A model generated the notes under the pieces. That model did no database searches. It was not told where the DNA came from and saw only the letters and a program-made list of their open reading frames with translations. Of a stretch of DNA of 64,000 nucleotides, positions 19,201 to 26,843 are shown one piece after another; positions within the stretch are counted from its first letter, which is position 1, and the number at the start of each line of letters is the position of its first letter. The stretch spans positions 1-64,000 of IMG/VR virus record IMGVR_UViG_3300034374_005671; one strand, given 5' to 3'. The DNA is from a virus. Position numbers and translations under genes: made by a program.

Positions 19201-22200
19201 TCACTATCCGATATAGCAAACGGACCAAAGGCTAAAAACAAAAAAGATTGTTTGTGGTATCCTGCTTTTGTTAGAGTTTCCCTATATAAAAATTGTGATA
19301 TTGATTATACTGATGCGTTTGCCCATACCATACCTAATATAGACAACACTAATACTGTCTGGGAAAGATGTGGAGGATATACAGGTAACGACCCATTCAT
19401 AGACCAAAATTCTTTTTTGTATAGAATGGGCTCAAGAAGGGCTTCTGGTGGAAGAATACCTGATGGAGATATAAATAAAATAGTTATCCACTTAGCTGAT
19501 AACCCTACTATGTTTGATGGTGTAGACGAAATAATAGTCGCAGTGGACACACCTCTTGTTTCAGTCACTCATATGGGACGGAACAATAGGTCAGACTATG
19601 GTGGCGCAGGGTTAGGCTCTGCTGGTCTACAGGCTAATCATACAAAACAGTATTTTTATGCTTCAGGTACTTGGGGTACGTTAAATATAAAAGCTGATTA
19701 TCCTCCAATAGACAAGATAGAATTGATAAATGGGGGAGAACTTGCAATAAACCTAGAGAAAACTTGTGTATTTGAGACTAGATGCCCTTTTAAAGTGTAT
19801 GAAGACTTAGTTTGCAATCCTGTACCATTTGAATATGGTAACTTCTCATATTGGGAGTCTACCCTTAACTATCCAAACAATAATTTCTTGTATGATAGTC
19901 AAAGCGTGGTGATTACCGAGGCAGACATCCCACCTGATATCAGGACTGAGTTCCAAAACGTATTTACAAATGGTGCCCCTGCTGCAGGACAGCCTTACGT
20001 ATTATCAGATGCTGCTGACTTTAGTTGTAAGCCAATTAGGCACTTCAAGTTCCCTGACTTCAACACAGCACCTGCATTTGACCAAGATGCTATACCATTC
20101 AGAAAAAACAATATATTCCCTATTGGATTACACTTGGATAATGAAGTAATTGAGGCTTTCCTTGATATTGCTGTAAATAATAATTACATAAATCAAGAGT
20201 TTAGGGATTCTATAACTCACTACGAAATATTTAGAGGGGATACTAAATTTGATAGGTCTGTTATAGCCAAAGGGTTATTGTATGATATGTATCAGTATCC
20301 TGAGTATGAGTTTTCTACAGAAGACTCTAACACAGACAATAATGCTTGGTTTAGTAATTTCCCTTACAATGACCTTTCTAACAACAAGTTATTGTATCAA
20401 GACGAAGACAGAACTGAATACATCCCCCACCCTTTTAGGAATTCAAGAGCTGGGGCAGCTCGTAAATCTAACTACAAATATACTTTCCACTCTCCTGAGA
20501 CTAGCTTTGATAAGCCTATACTACCTTTTGAAATGTATGTGGAGTCTCACTTTACGGGGCAGAGTAGAGGGTCGTTTGTGGCTGTAAAGAATCACCCTGT
20601 CTTCACAGTACTATCACCAAGAGCACATAGGTTGGCCAAGATACTAGCGGCTACAGAAACGTCTTTTGAAGTTCTTGCATTGAGTACAGAACTTTTTATA
20701 CAGGTCCAACAAGCTTCAGGAGGTGTGATACCTATTGGTAAGGTAGCAGCTTGGATAGCTTGGGCCATACTTGCTGGTTCTGCTGTGGCGAGTTCTATAC
20801 CTGCAGGTAGACGAAGAAGAGTGGAGTGGGAAGAAATATTTTACAATAGAGGAGAGCGACATAACTTTGCTTACTATTATTCCTCAGTAGGATATTACAA
20901 TCAATTCTCTAGAGCAAACAACGATGAGTTCAATACTTATGGACTGGTGGGAGATAAGCTTAGAGGACTAAAAGAAAGACTGTATATTAAAGATGGTAGA
21001 TACAGAATAGACGAAGCATTTGACAGTCAACCTACTGTCATAAACAATACCTTTAGAGAGTCTTCTGTATTCTTAAGTCTAGGTTCCGAAGTAGAATCTA
21101 CTTTAGAACAAGATTCTAACTTTAACTACTCATTTAATTTAGAACCACCTGCCGCTATAAGAAATAGAGACAATAGTAGATATGCAGCTAGTGACCACAC
21201 TTGTGTAAATGTAGGGGATAGAACACCAGAAACTACTAGAAGTATTGCATCTCCTTATGTCTCATTAAAGCAGTTTATCCCAAATCAGCATGGAAACATA
21301 AATGATTTGAGATACATATACACTTCATACTGTGGCAAGTTGGGAACAGACAACTCTTGTGATATAGTTTATGGAGGAGATACATTCATCAATAGATTCT
21401 ACATAAAAAGAAAGTTCCCATTCTTCTTAGCACCTATGATAGATGGTAACAATTCTTTACCTGACCTCATACCTTTTAACTATCAAGACGTTAGAAATAT
21501 TGGGTATCCTAAGTATTACTTAAACTACCGAATGAGTGAGAGGGATGAAAGCACAAGTCTAGGTAGTATACCTAATATGGTGTCTGACTATGAGTTAGAT
21601 TGTTTCTCGAAAGGTAACAAATATATTGTTCCTCCGTCCAAGTTTTACTTGTACTATTACGGTATACCAGGATTTATGGTAGAGTCAGCCATGAACCTAG
21701 ATTTCCGATACGGAGAGAACGAAACAGACAAAGGATATTATCCTGCTCAGTCTGACTTCTATAACTGGACTCAAGAAAGTGTAGTACCTATTAGAGAAGA
21801 CAATCAATATTTCTACTGGAATGTATACTCTACTGAGAATGATAGAGTTGGATACAGGTACTTACCTGATAATTATGACCCAGCAGAGTTTAATTGTAGA
21901 TTTGACCATTATGATAGAACTATCTACTCATTGCCTGATACAAACGAGCAAGACCTCTTAGATAATTACAGAGTCTTTTTGGCTAATAACTTCTACGATT
22001 TCGGTAGCAAGTACGGACCTTTGAAAGCCCTGCATAGTATAGAGTCTGCTAAGGTTCTAGGTTTATTTGAGAATGGTGTGGTAGTATTTAATGCATACAG
22101 CACTATCCAAGCTACAACCGATGACTATTTGGTTGGTAATGCAGGTATATTTGCAAATAGACCCCAAGAGTACTTTAAATCAGACCTAGGGTACGGAGGA

Positions 22201-23373
22201 ACTCAACACACAGCGTTTGCCACTTGCCAGTACGGACATTTTTGGGTTGATGCCAAGAGAGGCAGAGTATACTCTGTTCAACCAGGAGGTGCAGGTATGC
22301 AAGAGATTTCTCAGAATGGCTTAGGTAATTGGTTTAGAGAAAATCTTCCATTTAGAATAAAGAAACAGTTCCCTAACATATCAGACAATATGATAGACAA
22401 TCCATATGAAGGATTAGGCATATCAATGGTATGGGATGATAGATACTCAAGATTATTCGTCACCAAGCTAGATGCCAAAGTAAAATCAGGTATCACTATA
22501 TACGATGGACCTAAAGAAACACTTCCATGTGTACCAGGAGGGTCTATCACAATTGACGTTAGATACGAAGATGATAAAGAAAAGTTAGATTTTTGGTATC
22601 TTTCTCCATCTCCGTTCTGCGAAGGACCGACTTTAGTACACCCACAAACTCATCCAAACATATTTGACTCTGCTTCTTGGACTGTATCGTATAGTCCTAT
22701 TACAAAGTCATGGGTGTCTTTCCACTCGTTCTTACCTAACTATTATGTAGCTCACAATAACTACTTCTCTTCAGGACTTAATTTCGGTTCTAATTCAGGT
22801 ATTTGGAATCACTTACTTGGTAGTAATCAAACGTTCCAAGTATACTACGGAACACTGTACCCTTGGATTATTGAGGTACCTGTGAAGCAGAACTACAACA
22901 CAAGAATGTACGAAGACTTCTCGTATCGACTTGATGTTAGGAGATACAGCAATGAGTATGATTATCACTATTTCCCTGAAAACTTTGATACAGCTGTATT
23001 CTACAATGACAGAGAATCTACAGGTTTGCTAAACCTTATAACTCAACAACAGAACAATCAACAACAATTGATTGAATTACCTAGATTTACTGGTAGTGGA
23101 GTTGATATATTAGCTACTAAATCAGACTATACTTGGTCAGTAAACTTCTTCCTAGATAACCTTAGAGAGAATCATACCTTACCAATATGGAATCATGCAG
23201 TAAACAATGTAGGTAAGAGCCTAAATGCAACAGCATTTAACTATCAACCTACATTCAAAAACCATATTAGAGGACAGTATCTCATTGCTAGGCTATCTCA
23301 GAATAATGAGTCCCGACTCAAGTATATCTTTGAACACTTCATTTCCGATTCACTACTTTACGATGCTTATTAA
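16285..23373 (+). CDS. Tail stabilisation/muzzle protein (P22 gp10-like, crAss Tstab)
   Basis: 2362 aa; GMNKD N-terminus, LYFTDDLNPRR, GYMRDEVVPFGI, GGDTFINRF, YGHFWVDAKRG, WTVSYS...WVSFHSF beta-propeller motifs. Confidence 0.75.
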   Translation: MKPQREVGVAKQGMNKDIHVTSLNENSYIHALNANFQGQDGDSVNLQNEESNILCSKFVEGFHVIGVQHDNTGERTYFFLTNPTTRESEIGYIADLENQISFTDTIQECDCDIKSLLSSGLESVAQVATCTYVTLIADHGTKPCQGSSEGAGCLGFNVNYPISSIIKQEKCGDVLYFTDDLNPRRRVEVAKPEQYNKKTVFCDDDTDPACDCGRKEVTVCFNCDKLNILPSSEKLCIDILGSVVGGKTRHGQYLFFAGYCDSQGNLVNNYVAASGACSINDENREVYQQFELDTLTNLSIKLKINNLDPSFDYYKVAVLQRNAVDGAENAFVVDILPTSTSELLYSGSQELQPIDARELVRELPDYLTAKTVTQANNQLFFSDLEARPDPNLQPVVNFMGQFAKWRTAISEEGLYKTTRGTGSFKGYMRDEVVPFGIRFVTNQGYKTPVYPLIPRVATDLGDKYFDSHHATHGATLIQAIANASSKKALELDLPAYGTNLATSPWINDVYSVLKNGNNGCANEERIYKWQFYNTATNLGPIPNANCSTADFTTVYKLVERICVTDRIGDNSIRINQANAPIVIDVDEDEYDYTTFFNFVNDRQEDIERAYLLGTPAEKAILAFLLKDSYKEGGLKEGEVVCCDPDTPESLFDEGCDLDDLSPSDEIVDFLSFDEINGATPELNEVPVKCQDISRPPTPDVDSFVETDSEGDPKNDNEDNAIKYGPDPDNPENETDEYEFWVADRKDTNKHDFVFKRTKSLFGKDSCDDAQFLATNYEGEGTYPYTFHISPLFPELDINTDNFSTSPDTPIPLDTNSPYHQIIQLVDNTLPAGFGGALDFISRTAEELPFRSLAAPGVIGTNPTQVPHNWFRKFPNQPFNAGNITFPIDVLTGEPLGDRIKKDNCYQKGDIFEGGFFTKNQSISWSGGSSGSFIGGALTSFTPFPALPNQGFLGRNAIFFKIKVDKTKPTLVISLSDIANGPKAKNKKDCLWYPAFVRVSLYKNCDIDYTDAFAHTIPNIDNTNTVWERCGGYTGNDPFIDQNSFLYRMGSRRASGGRIPDGDINKIVIHLADNPTMFDGVDEIIVAVDTPLVSVTHMGRNNRSDYGGAGLGSAGLQANHTKQYFYASGTWGTLNIKADYPPIDKIELINGGELAINLEKTCVFETRCPFKVYEDLVCNPVPFEYGNFSYWESTLNYPNNNFLYDSQSVVITEADIPPDIRTEFQNVFTNGAPAAGQPYVLSDAADFSCKPIRHFKFPDFNTAPAFDQDAIPFRKNNIFPIGLHLDNEVIEAFLDIAVNNNYINQEFRDSITHYEIFRGDTKFDRSVIAKGLLYDMYQYPEYEFSTEDSNTDNNAWFSNFPYNDLSNNKLLYQDEDRTEYIPHPFRNSRAGAARKSNYKYTFHSPETSFDKPILPFEMYVESHFTGQSRGSFVAVKNHPVFTVLSPRAHRLAKILAATETSFEVLALSTELFIQVQQASGGVIPIGKVAAWIAWAILAGSAVASSIPAGRRRRVEWEEIFYNRGERHNFAYYYSSVGYYNQFSRANNDEFNTYGLVGDKLRGLKERLYIKDGRYRIDEAFDSQPTVINNTFRESSVFLSLGSEVESTLEQDSNFNYSFNLEPPAAIRNRDNSRYAASDHTCVNVGDRTPETTRSIASPYVSLKQFIPNQHGNINDLRYIYTSYCGKLGTDNSCDIVYGGDTFINRFYIKRKFPFFLAPMIDGNNSLPDLIPFNYQDVRNIGYPKYYLNYRMSERDESTSLGSIPNMVSDYELDCFSKGNKYIVPPSKFYLYYYGIPGFMVESAMNLDFRYGENETDKGYYPAQSDFYNWTQESVVPIREDNQYFYWNVYSTENDRVGYRYLPDNYDPAEFNCRFDHYDRTIYSLPDTNEQDLLDNYRVFLANNFYDFGSKYGPLKALHSIESAKVLGLFENGVVVFNAYSTIQATTDDYLVGNAGIFANRPQEYFKSDLGYGGTQHTAFATCQYGHFWVDAKRGRVYSVQPGGAGMQEISQNGLGNWFRENLPFRIKKQFPNISDNMIDNPYEGLGISMVWDDRYSRLFVTKLDAKVKSGITIYDGPKETLPCVPGGSITIDVRYEDDKEKLDFWYLSPSPFCEGPTLVHPQTHPNIFDSASWTVSYSPITKSWVSFHSFLPNYYVAHNNYFSSGLNFGSNSGIWNHLLGSNQTFQVYYGTLYPWIIEVPVKQNYNTRMYEDFSYRLDVRRYSNEYDYHYFPENFDTAVFYNDRESTGLLNLITQQQNNQQQLIELPRFTGSGVDILATKSDYTWSVNFFLDNLRENHTLPIWNHAVNNVGKSLNATAFNYQPTFKNHIRGQYLIARLSQNNESRLKYIFEHFISDSLLYDAY

Positions 23374-23375
23374 TT

Positions 23376-26300
23376 ATGATTAGACTAGATTTAAATAAAA
23401 AGTTAACTAAGGCTGAAAACGGTACAGTTATACCTGTAGCTAGACATCAAAATTATTTTACAGTTGACCCATTTGGGGAAGGTCTAGATAGACCAAATAA
23501 TAATTTGTATGATGAGAGAAATAGGGGAGGAAGTAATGCATATTCTGCACCAACTTCAGGAGGGCAAGGGTTCTATGGAGAAGCTACTAGAAATAGAACA
23601 AATGCAGATGCAATAGTACAAAGCCAAATAGCACAAGAAACTCAAGCAAGAATTGACGAGGAAAAAGAAAGACAACAAGAGATAGACCGAAACACCCTGG
23701 CTCCATATAGTTACTATAGGAAGTATGATTTAGATAAAAAGCCTATTGCTGGTTATTCTCCTGGAACCCCAGGACACACATTTGCATTGTATGGAGAGGA
23801 TATAAAAAATTATCAGTACGGATTCGACAGTGCAGAAGATAACATTGCATTAGCGAATCAGTTAAGAGGCATATATACAGATTACACAGGCTCCGAAAGG
23901 CAAGAAAAATTAGATGCTCTTAGAGATGCACAGTATCAAAGATACCTTATGAATCCTGAACGTTTGGCGGCTATGGACCAAGATATAGCATATAATGAAG
24001 GTATACAGTCTAACGTAGATAGGGATTTTGGACCAGGTGTTGATAATGCTAGGGCTGATGTTAATAATTTTAGGTATCAAATGAGATGGGACCCTTTATT
24101 ATGGCAAGATAAAAAATTACCTCCTAAAAACATAAACTACAATAGTTTAAATTCACAAATACACACTACTCTTGGTACTTTGGGAATGGTTCCAGTATTT
24201 GGAGAACCTTTTAACTTGTTAGATGCAGGGTTATACCATCTTGAAGGAGATAATTTCAACAGAAATCTATCACTAGGCTCTATGATACCCTTTTTAGGAA
24301 ATGCTACAGGAGGTGCTCAATTGGCTAGAAAAGGATTTCAATATGGAAAAAATTTCTTTAGGAGGGGAGCATCTGCAGCTCCTACGATAGCGAGAGGAGC
24401 TACCAATATTCCTTCTCCTCAATTTAGAGGAGTAAATAGACAATTATTTCAATCGGATATAGATTATGGAAAATCATTAGGGCTAGACATTAATAATGTA
24501 GATGACTTAATGAAGAATTATAATTTAAGAAACAGAACATACAGAGCGATTGATGTAAATCCTAATACATTTAATGACCCAGGATTCAGACAAGCCGCAA
24601 CAAATGTAGGGGTTGATGTAGAGGACGTTGATGCACTTACAACATATATGGGCTCATCAGTTCCTTACAAAAGGATAGGCAATGTATACACAGAGGGTTT
24701 ATTGAAAAACACGGGAGATAGCAAATCATTTATGTTCACATCTCCAAACAAAGACTTTACTACAAATTACATTAGAAATGCAGATAATCCCTATGTTTTT
24801 AGGTACCCCATATTTAATGATGATGTTACTAACCTAACTAATACTGATATACTAAACAGAATACGTTATGGTACGAGAGATAATTTCAGTAATGTTGGAC
24901 AATTTGGACAAGAATTACCATATGAGTTTTTATTACGTAATCCAGATGCAGCAAAAAGTCTAGGTAAAGGACAAATAGTATCAATGCCACCTAGTGGTAA
25001 TAAACCTTTTGTACAGACAAACACCATACAGTTTGTAGGTAATAGAGGAGATGCAATAATAGACCCTAGTAAAGTTGAATTTATGTCACCTTCTAACCCT
25101 GCTTTTGTTGACTTCCAACAGGGAGGTACGGCAAGAAGACATCAAGATGCAGAACCTCTAACATTAGAGCAAAGGGCAGAAGCTATGGGCGAGAACCCAG
25201 AGTACGCTAGAAACGTACAAAAAATGCTTGATGAGGGGGCAACTATACAAGAGTTAGCCGCCAGAAGAGTAGGTACTGTAAGTGGTTTATCTAAGTTATT
25301 CCCTGATGCTGAAATGGGGACTGCGCCTGAACGAAGTTCAAGCAGAAGCACTAGTAGTTCTAGTAGTCGGGGAGGCGGGTCTGATGTAGAGTCCAGAGCA
25401 GCTGAATTTAATATGTCCCCCGAAAAGTTTGTTGGGTACTACAACAGGGGGGCAAGAATGATTAACGAAGGTAAGAGTATAGATGATTTAGTTAAAATGG
25501 GATATGGCACAAGAGGAGCCTTATCAAGAATGTTCCCAACTGCCCCTACTGAAACAGTTAAGGTGGAGGAAACACCAGAAAAATCTTCAAATCTTGATAA
25601 TTTATCTCAAGAAGAGATTAATGCTCTTTGGGTGCAAATGGGGAATGATATTAAAGATGCTCCAAAGGCAAAGAACCCTGAAGGTACCCGTATAATGAAA
25701 GATTTTCAACCAATAGGATTTCTTGATTACACTCCCCCTCCTCCAACAGTAAATGAAGATTTAGATATACTTAATTCTGCTGCTTCTTTTTCTTCGCAAT
25801 CATTAGACGAAATAAGTACTCCCGACATTTTTAAAGAGAAAAAAGAAGTACAACCGCCTGGTAGCGGGACAGTTCTGCCTGGAAGAAGAAATATCTTTAC
25901 AGGGGAGTATGTAAGACCCGCAGAAGGTAAAGATATTTTTGAAGCTACAGGAGAATTTTTTAATAGAAATATTGTAGAACCTATTGAGGGTTTTGTAGAT
26001 AAAAACATCATACAACCTTTCGAAGAAAAGTTTATTGAACCTATACAAGAGGAAATTGAATTTGCACAAGGAACTTTTAGCCCAGAAGTACAAAAAGATT
26101 TAGCGGCTCTTGAGTCTAGTGAAAATCAACAAAAAATAGCAATGGAGATTCTTCTGAATCCCGACCTCACTATACAAGATGCGTTGAGGGATAGTGGTTT
26201 TACTCATGCAGCTCAGGCTATGGATGATGTAGAATACCTAGAAGAAAATTATGGAGATTGGTATGATTGGTATTTAGACCAAGGTACTACGGCTAAAGCA

Positions 26301-26768
26301 CTTAAGAATATAGGAGAATTTGTATCAGGACAGGACCTTGACGTTCCTCAAGAAGCCCAGGAAGGCATTTCTGCAGGCAGAGAATTTTCTAGAATGAAGG
26401 ACTTTACTGGTATAGAGTTCTTGTCTGACCCTTGGGTTGCAGACAATTACGGTGACCAAATATTTGAATCAGTTATGGGTTACAAACCAGAAGAGGGAGA
26501 ATATGAAGAAGCCCTTCCAATGATACAGGATTTAATAGAAATCCAACAGTTGATGGCTGAACAGGGTTTTGATATTAGTGAAATATTCCAACAAGGAGGT
26601 AAAATAAAACTAGACCTTGAAAAAAAATTAGGAGTAGATATAGACAAGCTAGACCCTTTACCAATAGGTACATCCTACAAATCCCGTAGGTTTTTCCAAG
26701 AAAATCCTCTTGCAGCCATAGCATATGGTAAAAATCCTTTTAGAAAAGCAGGCTCTCCACCAAGATAA
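23376..26768 (+). CDS. Modular putative cargo protein containing a pre-toxin-TG-like segment and a candidate toxin domain
   Basis: 1130 aa; LGMVPVFGEPFNLLDAGLYHLEGD...SLGSMIPFLG; FQQGG x2; internal repeats. Confidence 0.55.
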   Translation: MIRLDLNKKLTKAENGTVIPVARHQNYFTVDPFGEGLDRPNNNLYDERNRGGSNAYSAPTSGGQGFYGEATRNRTNADAIVQSQIAQETQARIDEEKERQQEIDRNTLAPYSYYRKYDLDKKPIAGYSPGTPGHTFALYGEDIKNYQYGFDSAEDNIALANQLRGIYTDYTGSERQEKLDALRDAQYQRYLMNPERLAAMDQDIAYNEGIQSNVDRDFGPGVDNARADVNNFRYQMRWDPLLWQDKKLPPKNINYNSLNSQIHTTLGTLGMVPVFGEPFNLLDAGLYHLEGDNFNRNLSLGSMIPFLGNATGGAQLARKGFQYGKNFFRRGASAAPTIARGATNIPSPQFRGVNRQLFQSDIDYGKSLGLDINNVDDLMKNYNLRNRTYRAIDVNPNTFNDPGFRQAATNVGVDVEDVDALTTYMGSSVPYKRIGNVYTEGLLKNTGDSKSFMFTSPNKDFTTNYIRNADNPYVFRYPIFNDDVTNLTNTDILNRIRYGTRDNFSNVGQFGQELPYEFLLRNPDAAKSLGKGQIVSMPPSGNKPFVQTNTIQFVGNRGDAIIDPSKVEFMSPSNPAFVDFQQGGTARRHQDAEPLTLEQRAEAMGENPEYARNVQKMLDEGATIQELAARRVGTVSGLSKLFPDAEMGTAPERSSSRSTSSSSSRGGGSDVESRAAEFNMSPEKFVGYYNRGARMINEGKSIDDLVKMGYGTRGALSRMFPTAPTETVKVEETPEKSSNLDNLSQEEINALWVQMGNDIKDAPKAKNPEGTRIMKDFQPIGFLDYTPPPPTVNEDLDILNSAASFSSQSLDEISTPDIFKEKKEVQPPGSGTVLPGRRNIFTGEYVRPAEGKDIFEATGEFFNRNIVEPIEGFVDKNIIQPFEEKFIEPIQEEIEFAQGTFSPEVQKDLAALESSENQQKIAMEILLNPDLTIQDALRDSGFTHAAQAMDDVEYLEENYGDWYDWYLDQGTTAKALKNIGEFVSGQDLDVPQEAQEGISAGREFSRMKDFTGIEFLSDPWVADNYGDQIFESVMGYKPEEGEYEEALPMIQDLIEIQQLMAEQGFDISEIFQQGGKIKLDLEKKLGVDIDKLDPLPIGTSYKSRRFFQENPLAAIAYGKNPFRKAGSPPR

Positions 26769-26791
26769 TTTACGTCATAATTTGTAAATTA

Positions 26792-26823
26792 TTTGGTTAT
26801 ATCAAATATGTTTTTTATATTCG
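26792..26823 (+). promoter_or_regulatory. Bacteroidota primary-sigma-type promoter
   Basis: TTTG-N20-TATATTCG; shares ATTTGGTTATATCA with the 14132 site. Confidence 0.6.
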
Positions 26824-26843
26824 TATTTATTCTCTAAATCAAT

